Origin: Burkholderiales bacterium
GTDB lineage: Bacteria; Pseudomonadota; Gammaproteobacteria; Burkholderiales; Burkholderiaceae_C
Length of the DNA: 64,000 nucleotides
Direction of reading: 5' to 3'
Assembly: GCA_030602985.1 (NCBI GenBank)
Contig: JAUVYR010000001.1
Span: 1,078 to 65,077 of the forward strand
Part shown: positions 19,016 to 28,034 of the stretch, piece by piece
Layout of the letters: each line of letters begins with the position of its first letter
Numbering within the stretch: the stretch's first letter is position 1
The notes under the pieces: generated by a model
Told to the model about the DNA's origin: nothing
The model's input: the letters and a program-made list of their open reading frames with translations, nothing else
Databases searched by the model: none
Program-made: the position numbers and the translations under genes

Positions 19016-19076
19016 GCGGCGGAACTCACTGCGCGCTTGCAGCGCTCCGTTCAAACAGCCGCCGCAAGTCAGAGTT
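19016..19076. repeat. Left arm of a modular inverted repeat in a non-coding spacer
   Basis: gcggcggaactc (19016-19027) and acagccgccgcaagtcag (19055-19072) recur reverse-complemented at 19349-19360 (12/12) and 19301-19318 (17/18). Confidence 0.6.
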
Positions 19077-19297
19077 TGATGCACGCTGCGCGTGCGGCCA
19101 CGGCCTCTGCGCTTCTCGGCACCTCACAGGCACGTCAGCGCCTGTGCGCACACACCATGGCAGAAGCGCTGTTGGTGCACCACTGATTGCGCTCCACCGT
19201 GCTGGTTGGCTGCGGCAGGCCTGGCCCTGTGCGGGCGATTTTCCGGGGTGGCTGCGTCTGACGGTTTGGAGCTGGGCGCGCCTGTGGCGCGCTTCGT

Positions 19298-19360
19298 GAA
19301 CTGACTCGCGGCGGCTGTCTGAGCGCAGTGAGCGCCAGCGAACGGAGCGAGTTCCGCCGC
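19298..19360. repeat. Right arm of the modular inverted repeat
   Basis: See left arm. The inner 8-9-bp modules (gcgcagtg, gaacggagc) are also complements of cactgcgc and gctccgttc in the left arm, but their order is permuted. Confidence 0.6.
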
Positions 19361-19516
19361 GCCAGCCCCAAACCGCCAGACACGGCGAAGTCGGCAAAGC
19401 CGACCACCCTGGATGAGCCCGCGCAGGGCCAGGCCTGCCGCGGCCCGCGAGGTCACTCAGCTGAGGGCCGCATCCAGACCAGACAACGCTCAGCATCCAG
19501 CCCCGGCACCACCAAC

Positions 19517-19532
19517 GGTTCCACGTGAAACA
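19517..19532. other. parS centromere-like site 1
   Basis: GGTTCCACGTGAAACA matches the canonical parS TGTTNCACGTGAAACA at 15/16 positions. It lies 28 bp downstream of the rsmG stop. Confidence 0.85.
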
Positions 19533-19560
19533 CTTCCACCCCCCCTGGCAGAGCCTTCAT

Positions 19561-20115
19561 CTAATCCACCGGCTGCTTGCCCTTCATGGCCAGCCACACG
19601 CCCTGCTCGGCCAGCGCACCCCCAGACCATTGCGTGAAGTCAGCCAGCGATGCAAACGCGCGGGACGTGATGACATCAAAGGGCTGGTTCAGTGATTCCA
19701 CCCGGGCATGAACGCCATGCAGGTTGGGCAAACGCAGCGCGGCCGCTACCTGCTGAATGAACAAGGCCTTCTTGGCCACCGTGTCGACGCAGGTCACGTC
19801 CAACTCCGGGCAAGTGATGGCCAGCACCACACCAGGCAAACCCGCCCCCGACCCCACATCCAGCAAGCGTACAGGCGTCACGCCACGATCACTGAGATGC
19901 GCCTGCAACGGCTTCACCACCGCCAGACTGTCCAGCAGATGGTGGGTCAACATTTCGTCGGGTTCGCGAACCGCCGTCAGGTTGTAGACGCGATTCCACT
20001 TGATGATCCAATCGAAGTAACCCAGCAGGGATTGAATCTGGGCTTCAGACAAAGCCAAACCCAGCGCCATCGCGCCCGCTCGCAACCCCGGCTCCTGCGG
20101 ATGAGGCGCGCCCAT
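19561..20115 (-). CDS. rsmG: 16S rRNA (guanine527-N7)-methyltransferase RsmG (GidB)
   Basis: WNRVYNLTAVREPDEMLTHHLLDSL and LDVGSGAGLPG. The ATG overlaps the mnmG stop (TGATG). Confidence 0.93.
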   Translation of the reverse strand: MGAPHPQEPGLRAGAMALGLALSEAQIQSLLGYFDWIIKWNRVYNLTAVREPDEMLTHHLLDSLAVVKPLQAHLSDRGVTPVRLLDVGSGAGLPGVVLAITCPELDVTCVDTVAKKALFIQQVAAALRLPNLHGVHARVESLNQPFDVITSRAFASLADFTQWSGGALAEQGVWLAMKGKQPVD

Positions 20116-22097
20116 CAAGCCGCCACCGCTGCGTCGGCCTCAGCAGGCCCGGCGAAGCCCTTGAACTTGCCTCGCTTCAAGTGGATCAGCAGGAGAGAAA
20201 TCGTGGCCGGGGTGATCCCCGATATGCGGGAGGCTTGCCCCAATGTTTCTGGCCGATGCTTGTTCAGCGTCTGCCGGGCCTCAATACTCAATGCCGCCAC
20301 CTGCATGTAGTCCAGGTCGAGCGGCAACTTCAGGTTTTCAAAGTAAGCGGCGCGTTCGACTTCATCTCGCTGCCGATCAATGTAGCCTGCGTACTTGGCA
20401 GCGATCTCCACCTGGTCCAGCACAGGCTCGTAAAGCTCACCCAACGTTTCACGTGAAACGCCAGAAGCACCCGCCTGGAATCGGCCCGCCTCCATGGACA
20501 TCAAATCCGCATAAGCCACGCCGGGGCGACGCAACAGGTCGAACAGGTTGTATTCGCGTTCGATGCCTTTACCCAGCACACGCTCGGCCTCAGCCTCGGA
20601 CAGAATGCGCGGATTCACCCAGGTGGACTTGAGTCGCTCGGTTTCACGTGAAACCGCGTCTCGTTTGCGGTTGAATGCATTCCAGCGATCGTCATCCACC
20701 AAGCCCATGGCCCGCCCGATTTCCGTCAGTCGCATATCGGCATTGTCTTCGCGCAACTGCAGACGGTATTCGGCGCGACTGGTGAACATGCGGTAGGGCT
20801 CCGTGACACCTTTGGTGGTCAAGTCGTCCACCAGCACGCCCAGGTAAGCTTCGTCGCGCTGCGGGCACCACGCCCCTTCGCCACGCACCTGCAGAGCCGC
20901 GTTGATACCGGCAAACAGGCCCTGTGCCGCCGCCTCCTCGTAACCCGTGGTGCCATTGATCTGCCCAGCAAAGAACAGGCCCTGGATGGCCTTGGTCTCA
21001 AAGCTGCGCTTCAGTTCGCGCGGGTCGAAGTAGTCGTACTCGATGGCGTACCCAGGCCGGAGAATGTGCGCATTTTCCAGACCAGGGATGCTGCGGACCA
21101 GCGCATACTGAATGTCAAACGGCAGGCTGGTGGATATGCCATTGGGGTAAATTTCATGTGTGGTCAACCCCTCGGGCTCCAGAAAAATCTGGTGGCTGTC
21201 CTTGTCGGCGAAGCGGTTGATCTTGTCTTCCACACTGGGGCAATAGCGCGGCCCCACCCCTTCGATCTTGCCAGTGAACATGGGGCTGCGGTCAAAGCCG
21301 GAGCGGATGATCTCGTGCGTGCGCTCGTTGGTGTGGGTGATCCAGCAAGGCAACTGCTGGGGGTGCATGTCGGCACGCCCCATGAAACTGAAGACCGGCA
21401 CCGGCCGATCGGCCGTGTCGGAGCCCGGCATGCCATCACCCGGCTGTTCCGTGCACTTGGAAAAGTCGATCGTGCGACCATCGAGTCGGGGCGGTGTGCC
21501 GGTCTTCAGGCGGCCTTGCGGGAGTTTCAACTCCTTCAGGCGGGCCGACAGGCTCACCGCAGGCGGGTCACCCGCGCGGCCGCCCGAGTGGTTTTCCAGA
21601 CCCACATGGATCTTGCCATCCAGGAAGGTCCCTGCGGTGAGCACCACAGCGCGCGCCCGGAACCGGATGCCGATCTGCGTGACGGCACCGACCACCCGGT
21701 CGCCTTCCACCATGAGGTCATCCACCGCCTGCTGGAACAACGTCAGGTTCGGCTGATTTTCCAGCTTGCGCCGGATCGCCGCCTTGTAAAGAATCCGATC
21801 GGCCTGGGCGCGGGTGGCGCGCACCGCCGGCCCCTTGGAGCTGTTGAGAATCCGAAACTGAATCCCCCCTTCGTCTGTGGCCAGCGCCATGGCGCCGCCC
21901 AGTGCATCCACTTCTTTGACCAGATGACCCTTGCCAATGCCGCCGATCGAGGGGTTGCAGCTCATCTGCCCCAGGGTCTCGATGTTGTGGGTCAGGAGCA
22001 GGGTTTCGCAACCCATGCGAGCGGCTGCCAGGGCAGCCTCCGTCCCGGCGTGACCACCGCCGACCACAATCACATCAAATGCCTGGGGGTACAACAT
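20115..22097 (-). CDS. mnmG: tRNA uridine 5-carboxymethylaminomethyl modification enzyme MnmG (GidA)
   Basis: [49 protein letters not shown], and C-terminal [12 protein letters not shown]. Confidence 0.97.
   Translation of the reverse strand: MLYPQAFDVIVVGGGHAGTEAALAAARMGCETLLLTHNIETLGQMSCNPSIGGIGKGHLVKEVDALGGAMALATDEGGIQFRILNSSKGPAVRATRAQADRILYKAAIRRKLENQPNLTLFQQAVDDLMVEGDRVVGAVTQIGIRFRARAVVLTAGTFLDGKIHVGLENHSGGRAGDPPAVSLSARLKELKLPQGRLKTGTPPRLDGRTIDFSKCTEQPGDGMPGSDTADRPVPVFSFMGRADMHPQQLPCWITHTNERTHEIIRSGFDRSPMFTGKIEGVGPRYCPSVEDKINRFADKDSHQIFLEPEGLTTHEIYPNGISTSLPFDIQYALVRSIPGLENAHILRPGYAIEYDYFDPRELKRSFETKAIQGLFFAGQINGTTGYEEAAAQGLFAGINAALQVRGEGAWCPQRDEAYLGVLVDDLTTKGVTEPYRMFTSRAEYRLQLREDNADMRLTEIGRAMGLVDDDRWNAFNRKRDAVSRETERLKSTWVNPRILSEAEAERVLGKGIEREYNLFDLLRRPGVAYADLMSMEAGRFQAGASGVSRETLGELYEPVLDQVEIAAKYAGYIDRQRDEVERAAYFENLKLPLDLDYMQVAALSIEARQTLNKHRPETLGQASRISGITPATISLLLIHLKRGKFKGFAGPAEADAAVAA
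20445..20460. other. parS site 2 (inside mnmG coding sequence)
   Basis: Perfect 16-bp palindrome CGTTTCACGTGAAACG. The core 14 bp is identical to consensus parS. It encodes VSRET in MnmG. Confidence 0.85.
20640..20655. other. parS site 3 (inside mnmG coding sequence)
   Basis: Perfect 16-bp palindrome GGTTTCACGTGAAACC. It encodes a second VSRET in MnmG. Confidence 0.85.
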
Positions 22098-22162
22098 GAC
22101 CGTCTTTCGTGCGTAAACGCTGCTAAACCTTTGATTTTACTTGACAGGGCACCACAAGGGTG

Positions 22163-22870
22163 ATGCCCCTTCACGCAGTCATGCCTAGAATGACACCCAT
22201 GCTGCCCGAACGCCTTCACACCCTGCTGTCCGCCTACCCGGCACTGACCCCCCTGGCCGAGACCCTCAGCACCCTGCCCATGCATCAGGTGCCGAGCCAG
22301 ACGGTCCTGTTCAGGGAGCAGGACGACTGCCCGGGATTTCCCCTGATCGTGGCTGGCGAGGTTCGCGTCGTCCGTGGCAACAACCAGGGACGGGAACTGG
22401 AGCTTTACCGCGTACGGGCAGGCGATCTTTGTCTGGTCTCTGCCGCCAGCCTGTTTTCAGGGCAGCGACTCAGCGCGCGGGGCCTGACCGCTCACCCCAC
22501 AGAATTGATCGTGCTGCCTCCCGCAGCATTTCGACAGGCACTCGCGCATGAAGCTTTCCGGGATTTTGTGCTGGGCCTGTTTGCTGAGCGGATGGCCGAC
22601 CTCACGGCCTTGATCGAATCGGTGGCATTCCAGCGACTCGACCGCCGGCTGGCCAGCGCCTTGCTCGGACATGGCCCACAGATTCACGCCACCCACCAGG
22701 CTCTGGCAGACGAACTGGGCACCGTGCGCGAAATGGTCACCAGGCTCCTTCACCGCTTCGAGCGGGATGGCTGGGTTCAACTGTCCAGGGAATGCATCAC
22801 CATACAGGACAGCTCCGCGCTTCGTGCCTGGGCATCCGGCGATGCCGATCACCCACCCCGCACCCTGTGA
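22163..22870 (+). CDS. Crp/Fnr family transcriptional regulator
   Basis: cNMP-binding beta-barrel (GEVRVVRGNNQGRELELYRVRAGD) and C-terminal HTH (THQALADELGTVREMVTRLLHRFERDG). The start is uncertain, with candidate ATGs at 22163, 22181, 22190 and 22199. Confidence 0.85.
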   Translation: MPLHAVMPRMTPMLPERLHTLLSAYPALTPLAETLSTLPMHQVPSQTVLFREQDDCPGFPLIVAGEVRVVRGNNQGRELELYRVRAGDLCLVSAASLFSGQRLSARGLTAHPTELIVLPPAAFRQALAHEAFRDFVLGLFAERMADLTALIESVAFQRLDRRLASALLGHGPQIHATHQALADELGTVREMVTRLLHRFERDGWVQLSRECITIQDSSALRAWASGDADHPPRTL

Positions 22871-22881
22871 CCACAGTCACA
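22866..22881. promoter_or_regulatory. CRP-type operator TGTGA-N6-TCACA
   Basis: Perfect half-sites TGTGAccacagTCACA overlap the regulator's stop codon. The centre lies 29.5 bp upstream of a TGCAAT -10 candidate (22903-22908), which is class II spacing. Confidence 0.5.
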
Positions 22882-22946
22882 GACATATCTTGCAGGGGGG
22901 GATGCAATGAAGCCTCTTGGTTAACTGCATGAAAGAGAGCTAGAGC

Positions 22947-23138
22947 ATGAAAAAAAATGTCGGCGGTATTGACCGCGCCTTGCGCATCGGGGTTGGTGTG
23001 GCACTGATCGGATTGGCTGCCACTGGCACGGTAGGTGTTTGGGGCTATATCGGCGTGGCCCCTTTGCTGACAGGCCTCGTGGGTTGGTGCCCACCTTACA
23101 CCCTGTTCGGCTGGAACACCTGCAAGACCCGGTCCTGA
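22947..23138 (+). CDS. DUF2892 (YgaP-like) small membrane protein
   Basis: MKKNVGGIDRALRIGVGVALIGLA...LTGLVGWCPPYTLFG, typical of the family. Confidence 0.8.
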   Translation: MKKNVGGIDRALRIGVGVALIGLAATGTVGVWGYIGVAPLLTGLVGWCPPYTLFGWNTCKTRS

Positions 23139-23155
23139 TCGACGAAAATGAGGGG

Positions 23156-23755
23156 ATGACTGCATCCTCACTCCTCATTTTCGCGGGCAGCACGCGTGCC
23201 CAATCATGGAACCGCCGACTGGCACAGGCCGCCGCACAGGCCGCCCAAGCCCAAGGCGTGACGCCCACCGTCATCGAATTGGCCGACTTTGACGTGCCCC
23301 TGTACAACGCCGACCTGGAAGCTCGCGGCACACCTGCCGACGTGATTCGACTCAAGGCGTTGTTCCACGCCCACCCGGCGTGGATCATCTGTTCGCCGGA
23401 GTACAACGGCAGCTATACCGGTCTGCTCAAAAACACCATCGACTGGGTCTCCAGCCCAGTCAAGGGCGACCCGGAATGGTCCAGCGGCACCAAGCCCTTT
23501 GAAGGCAAGGTGGTGGGACTGATGTCGGCCTCCCCTGGCGCCCTGGGCGGCTTGCGCGGCTTGAGCCACCTGACACCCTTGCTGATGAACCTGCAATGCT
23601 GGGTGTCCCCCCGCCAGTTTGCGCTGGCGCGACCGGCCGAGGCTTTTGACGACGCGGGACAACTCAAACCCGGTGCCGCTCACGATGCTGTGCAGGCGGT
23701 GGTGCGCCAGACCCTCTGGGCCGCCAACGCCATGCAGCAAGCCCGTCCTGCGTGA
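23156..23755 (+). CDS. NADPH-dependent FMN reductase
   Basis: LLIFAGSTRAQSWNRRLA and SPEYNGSYTGLLKNTIDW. GAGGGG lies before the ATG at 23156. Confidence 0.85.
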   Translation: MTASSLLIFAGSTRAQSWNRRLAQAAAQAAQAQGVTPTVIELADFDVPLYNADLEARGTPADVIRLKALFHAHPAWIICSPEYNGSYTGLLKNTIDWVSSPVKGDPEWSSGTKPFEGKVVGLMSASPGALGGLRGLSHLTPLLMNLQCWVSPRQFALARPAEAFDDAGQLKPGAAHDAVQAVVRQTLWAANAMQQARPA

Positions 23756-24048
23756 ACTGTCGGCCGGGCTGCGGCGCCTGCTGTATCGCCCCATCGATTT
23801 CCAGTCCGCTGCCTGAGCACCCACAGGGCAAGCCGGCGGGTGTGCCCTGCCCGCACCTGGACAGGGACTGCCGCTGCCAACTATTCGGTTTGCCGCAACG
23901 GCCAGCGGTATGCGCTTCGCTGTCGCCGAGCAAAGCCATGTGCGGTGACCACAGAACACACGCCATCGCCTGGTTGACGGCGCTGGAACTGGCTACTCAG
24001 CCCAGCAGCCCAAAGCGGGCGTCCAGCGCCTCCATAAACGCCGGCTGA
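23752..24048 (+). CDS. YkgJ-family cysteine-cluster protein
   Basis: CRPGCGACCI ... CPHLDRDCRCQLFG ... RPAVC. The GTG start overlaps the upstream stop. Confidence 0.7.
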   Translation: MNCRPGCGACCIAPSISSPLPEHPQGKPAGVPCPHLDRDCRCQLFGLPQRPAVCASLSPSKAMCGDHRTHAIAWLTALELATQPSSPKRASSASINAG

Positions 24049-24314
24049 CCCGTCAGGGTCAAGGTCAGGGTAGTCCAACCGTCATCACCCTTGTCTTCGC
24101 AGACACTGGTGTCCCAGAGATGGCCGTCATCCAGCGGCCCTTGCTGATCGGGAAAGATCCCCTGTGCCCAGTCGATGATCTGGCGCCACTCTTCTTGCAC
24201 CGCTCCCAGCCGCTCAGGACGCACGGACACCATGGCTTCCAGTGTGACAACGCCCGAGCCATCGTCAGAGACATCAAACAGCAGGAATTGGAAAGGCGAC
24301 TCAGCAGGTTTCAC
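23997..24314 (-). CDS. Hypothetical small acidic protein
   Basis: The ORF has coding-like composition (PFQFLLFDVSDDGSGVVTLEAMV...). I chose the GTG start at 24314, which lies inside parS site 4. The longer ORF would overlap the lpxL-like gene. No family recognised. Confidence 0.45.
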   Translation of the reverse strand: MKPAESPFQFLLFDVSDDGSGVVTLEAMVSVRPERLGAVQEEWRQIIDWAQGIFPDQQGPLDDGHLWDTSVCEDKGDDGWTTLTLTLTGQPAFMEALDARFGLLG

Positions 24315-24322
24315 GTGAAACG
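24307..24322. other. parS site 4
   Basis: GGTTTCACGTGAAACG has the 14-bp consensus core intact. It lies between the lpxL-like stop (24325) and the start of the small ORF. Confidence 0.8.
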
Positions 24323-24324
24323 AA

Positions 24325-25212
24325 TCAGTCGACGTACACAGGCGGCTCGCCAGGCGGCCGGGTTTTGAAGCGGCGATGAAGCCAGTGGTACTGGCCCGGC
24401 ATGGAGCGAATGTGCTGCTCCAGTTCGGCATTCATGCGGCGAGCATCCACGGCATCGTCTCCCTGGGGGAAGTCTGCCCAGAGCGGGCCAATCTCCACGT
24501 GGTATCCCCCGGGGACCATGCGGCAGACCCAGGTGGCCACCGGCACGCCCGCCGCCGAGGCCAGGCGCGGCAGGGAGGTCACCGTGGCTGTCTGAATACC
24601 GAAAAATGGGACGAACACCGAGTTACGGGCCCCGAGGTCCATGTCAGGCAACAGACACAGGCTGGCGCCTTCCTTGAGCCCTTTGAGCAGGGGGCGAACC
24701 CCTTCCCGACGCGACACCAGGCGTGGATGGCCGAACCGCTTGCGGCCCGCTTTGACCCAGCGATCGATCGCAGCTTGCTCCTGAGGCGCATAAAACGTCC
24801 ACCACCGTCGAGGCACGTCCAACGTCAGCTTGGCCCACCCCGCATCCATCCCATAAAAGTGTGGAACGAAGAACAACAGCGGGCCTTCTTGCTGTAAAAC
24901 GCCGTGCGGGTCACTGAGTGTGACGCGCTGGCGAACACGATCGGGCGAGCCCTGCCACAGCCAGACCCGGTCCAGAAATGACTGTGAAAAATGCAGAAAG
25001 GTCTGCCATGCCCAGCGCCAGCGTCTGCTTGCTGACATGGCTGGAAAGCACAGCGAGAGATTGCGCATGACGACCCTGCGTCTGCGGGGCGCCAACAACA
25101 GGAGTGCAGCAGCCATGACCCAGCCGGCGGCTCGGAACACCGGCACAGGCAGATGCGCACTAACACGCAGCCACCAGGGCGAGGAATGAGAGGGAGCTGA
25201 ACGGGCGGTCAT
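24325..25212 (-). CDS. Lipid A biosynthesis (Kdo2-lipid IVA) acyltransferase, LpxL/HtrB family
   Basis: FFVPHFYGMDAG (HX4D-type acyltransferase region), TVTSLPRLA and QYHWLHRRFK. Start set at ATG 25212. Confidence 0.82.
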   Translation of the reverse strand: MTARSAPSHSSPWWLRVSAHLPVPVFRAAGWVMAAALLLLAPRRRRVVMRNLSLCFPAMSASRRWRWAWQTFLHFSQSFLDRVWLWQGSPDRVRQRVTLSDPHGVLQQEGPLLFFVPHFYGMDAGWAKLTLDVPRRWWTFYAPQEQAAIDRWVKAGRKRFGHPRLVSRREGVRPLLKGLKEGASLCLLPDMDLGARNSVFVPFFGIQTATVTSLPRLASAAGVPVATWVCRMVPGGYHVEIGPLWADFPQGDDAVDARRMNAELEQHIRSMPGQYHWLHRRFKTRPPGEPPVYVD

Positions 25213-25300
25213 GGAGGGTGTCGAATTATCGCAGTCTGCGGGCAACACGCGCGATAAGCGGGATCTGCAGACCTGACCCAGGCCCACTATCATCCCAATC

Positions 25301-26437
25301 ATGACAAACAACCCCCTGTTTCAACCCATTCGCGTCGGCGCCTGGGACTTGCCTCACCGTGTGGTCATGGCGCCCCTGACTCGCAACCGGGCGCCCGGTC
25401 AGATCCCGACGCCGCTCATGGCCACTTACTATGCGCAACGGGCACACCCCGAACATGGCGCCAGTCTCATCATCACCGAGGCCACCCCGGTTTGCCCCGA
25501 AGGCCATGGCTACGCCGACACCCCCGGGCTGTATAACGATGCCCAGGTCGCAGGTTGGCGTCAGGTGACGGATGCCGTGCACGCCGTCGGCGGGCACGTG
25601 GTGGTGCAGCTGTGGCATGTGGGCCGGGTGTCGCACACCAGCTTGCAGCCAGGCGGACAACCGCCTGTGGCACCCTCCGCCATCCGCGCGGAAGCCAAAA
25701 CCTTCATCTACACCGAGCAGGACGGGCAACAGGTAGGCGGCTTCGTCGACACCTCCATGCCCCGCGCGCTGTTGCGTGACGAGTTGCCGGGTGTCATCAA
25801 AGCCTACCGGGATGCCGCCCGACGGGCGATCGAAGCCGGCTTTGACGGGGTTGAAGTGCACGGTGCCAATGGTTACCTGCTGGACCAGTTTCTGCGCCGG
25901 GGCAGCAATCAACGGACCGATGACTATGGGGGCTCCATCGAGAACCGGGCACGCCTGCTGCTGGAAGTCATGCAGGCCGTTGGGGACACCATCGGGGGCG
26001 ACCGTGTCGGCCTGCGGTTGTCGCCCGTCACGCCCTCCAACGACACCCAGGACGACGATCCACAACCGCTGTTCGAGTATGTCGTGCGACAACTCGCGCC
26101 CCTGAACCTGGCCTACCTGCACATCATCGAAGGACAGACGGGCGGTATCCGCGACTATCAGCAGGGGGATCGCCCCTTCGATTACATGGCCTTGCAGCAG
26201 CAATACCGCGACGCGGGGGGCCGGGCTGCCTGGATGGTCAACAACGGCTACGACAGCACCCTGGCGGGCGAAGCACTCTCGCGGGGAGCGGATCTGGTGG
26301 CCTTTGGCAAAGCCTTCATCGCCAACCCGGACCTGACGCGGCGACTGAAAGAAAACGCCCCGCTCAACGCCGCCGACCGCACCACCTTCTATGGAGGTGG
26401 CGCAGCCGGCTATACGGATTACCCCTTCCTGGACTGA
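25301..26437 (+). CDS. Old-yellow-enzyme family NADH:flavin oxidoreductase (N-ethylmaleimide reductase-like)
   Basis: NRVVMAPLTRNRA, GFDGVEVHGANGYLLDQFL, NQRTDDYGGSIENRARLLLEV. Confidence 0.9.
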   Translation: MTNNPLFQPIRVGAWDLPHRVVMAPLTRNRAPGQIPTPLMATYYAQRAHPEHGASLIITEATPVCPEGHGYADTPGLYNDAQVAGWRQVTDAVHAVGGHVVVQLWHVGRVSHTSLQPGGQPPVAPSAIRAEAKTFIYTEQDGQQVGGFVDTSMPRALLRDELPGVIKAYRDAARRAIEAGFDGVEVHGANGYLLDQFLRRGSNQRTDDYGGSIENRARLLLEVMQAVGDTIGGDRVGLRLSPVTPSNDTQDDDPQPLFEYVVRQLAPLNLAYLHIIEGQTGGIRDYQQGDRPFDYMALQQQYRDAGGRAAWMVNNGYDSTLAGEALSRGADLVAFGKAFIANPDLTRRLKENAPLNAADRTTFYGGGAAGYTDYPFLD

Positions 26438-26450
26438 ACCCGGACTCGGC

Positions 26451-27932
26451 TCACAGGGGTGAGTCGAGCCGGATCCAGGTGGTCTTGGTCTCGGTGTATT
26501 TGTCAAAGGCGTGCAAGGACTTGTCGCGCCCCACACCGCTCTGCTTGAAGCCGCCGAAAGGAACGGTGATATCGTCCTCGTCGTACTGGTTCACATGCAC
26601 GGTCCCTGCGCGCAGGGCTCGCGCCACGCCATGCGCCTTGTTGATGTCGCGCGTCCACACCGCCGCTTGCAGGCCATAGATGCTGCTGTTGGCCTGTTTC
26701 ACCACATCGGCAGCATCGGTGAACGAGAGCACGCTCAGCACGGGCCCAAAGATTTCCTCGCGCGCGATCGTCATGGTGTTGTGCACGCCGTCGAAGATGG
26801 TCGGCTGCACATAGCAGCCGCCCGCCACTGGATGGACCGCCTCACCCCCAGCGAGCAGCTGGGCGCCTTCGGCCTTGCCGGATTCGATGTAGCGCATCAC
26901 GGTGTTGAGCTGGGTAGTGTCCACCAAGGCGCCCATGACCGTGTTCTTGTCCAGCGGGTTGGCCGGCTGGTAGTTGGGCACCATCGCCAAGGCCTTCTCC
27001 AGGAAGGCCTCCTTGATCGACGCCTCCACAAACAACCGCGAAGGGGCGTTACAGCTCTCACCCTGATTGAAGAAGATGCTGCCCACAGCGGCATCGACGG
27101 CACGGTCCAGGTCGGGACAGTCGGCAAACACGATGTTGGGTGACTTGCCACCCAGTTCGGTCCAGGCCCGCTTGAGGTTGCTCTGCCCGGCCATCACATG
27201 GATCTGCTTGCCCACGCGGGTGCTGCCAGTGAAGGCGATGCAGTCCACATCCATATGGAGCGCCAGCGGGCTGCCAGCCTCCGGCCCGAAACCGGGTACC
27301 ACGTTGAACACACCGGGCGGGATACCCGCCTCCAGCGCCAGCTCGGCCAGCTTGAGCGCGGTCAATGGGCTTTTCTCGGAAGGCTTGAGCACCACCGAGT
27401 TGCCCGCCGCCAGGGCCGGCGCAATCTTCCACGCCGCCATGATCATGGGGTAGTTCCAGGGCACGATCACGCCGACGACGCCCACCGGCTCGCGGGTGAT
27501 GAGCGCCAGCGCGGTGTCGGGCGTGGGCGCGATCTCGTCATAAACCTTGTCCACCGCCTCGCCGTACCAGCGGATGCAGTTGGCCGTGCTGTTGACATCG
27601 ACGCCCTTGGCGTACTTGACGGGCTTGCCCATGTCCAGGGTTTCGGTCAGCGCCAGTTCGTCCCCATGGGCTTGCACCAGCTCGGCAAACTTGATGAGGA
27701 TGCGTTTGCGCACCGCGGGGGCCTTGCCCGCCCAGCGGCGGTCTTCAAAAGCCGTGCGGGCAGCTTGCACCGCCGCGTCGATATCGGCCTCTGCTCCGCG
27801 GGCCACCTGGGTCAGGACACGGCCGTCTACAGGCGAGATGCAATCAAACACCGCCCCGCTGCGGGCAGCGACGCGCTGGCCGTTGATGAACGCTCGGCCG
27901 TCAAACGTGGGAAGAGTCAGGGTGGCAGTCAT
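26451..27932 (-). CDS. Aldehyde dehydrogenase (PuuC/KauB-like, gamma-glutamyl-gamma-aminobutyraldehyde dehydrogenase type)
   Basis: ELGGKSPNIVF and FFNQGESCNAPSR (catalytic Cys). It is the last gene of the putrescine operon. Confidence 0.88.
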   Translation of the reverse strand: MTATLTLPTFDGRAFINGQRVAARSGAVFDCISPVDGRVLTQVARGAEADIDAAVQAARTAFEDRRWAGKAPAVRKRILIKFAELVQAHGDELALTETLDMGKPVKYAKGVDVNSTANCIRWYGEAVDKVYDEIAPTPDTALALITREPVGVVGVIVPWNYPMIMAAWKIAPALAAGNSVVLKPSEKSPLTALKLAELALEAGIPPGVFNVVPGFGPEAGSPLALHMDVDCIAFTGSTRVGKQIHVMAGQSNLKRAWTELGGKSPNIVFADCPDLDRAVDAAVGSIFFNQGESCNAPSRLFVEASIKEAFLEKALAMVPNYQPANPLDKNTVMGALVDTTQLNTVMRYIESGKAEGAQLLAGGEAVHPVAGGCYVQPTIFDGVHNTMTIAREEIFGPVLSVLSFTDAADVVKQANSSIYGLQAAVWTRDINKAHGVARALRAGTVHVNQYDEDDITVPFGGFKQSGVGRDKSLHAFDKYTETKTTWIRLDSPL

Positions 27933-28034
27933 AAAAGGGCTCCGTTGAATTGGACCCATGGTAGCGTTAAACCGCATCCTCAGAGGCAGCCAATTGTGGC
28001 GGCCTCTGGGGAACCAGCGGTAGAACCCGCTGCG

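Noticed and set aside
18868-19496. ORFs 18868..19299 (+) and 19026..19496 (-) as real genes filling the spacer.
   Set aside because: They are Cys/Trp/Arg-rich translations that overlap each other on opposite strands and coincide with inverted-repeat modules. I saw no RBS or family resemblance.
18793-19560. The long non-coding spacer next to rsmG/parA as the replication origin (oriC is classically near gidA in enterics).
   Set aside because: It is GC-rich throughout, with no AT-rich unwinding element and no TTATCCACA-like boxes. It contains only parS at one edge.
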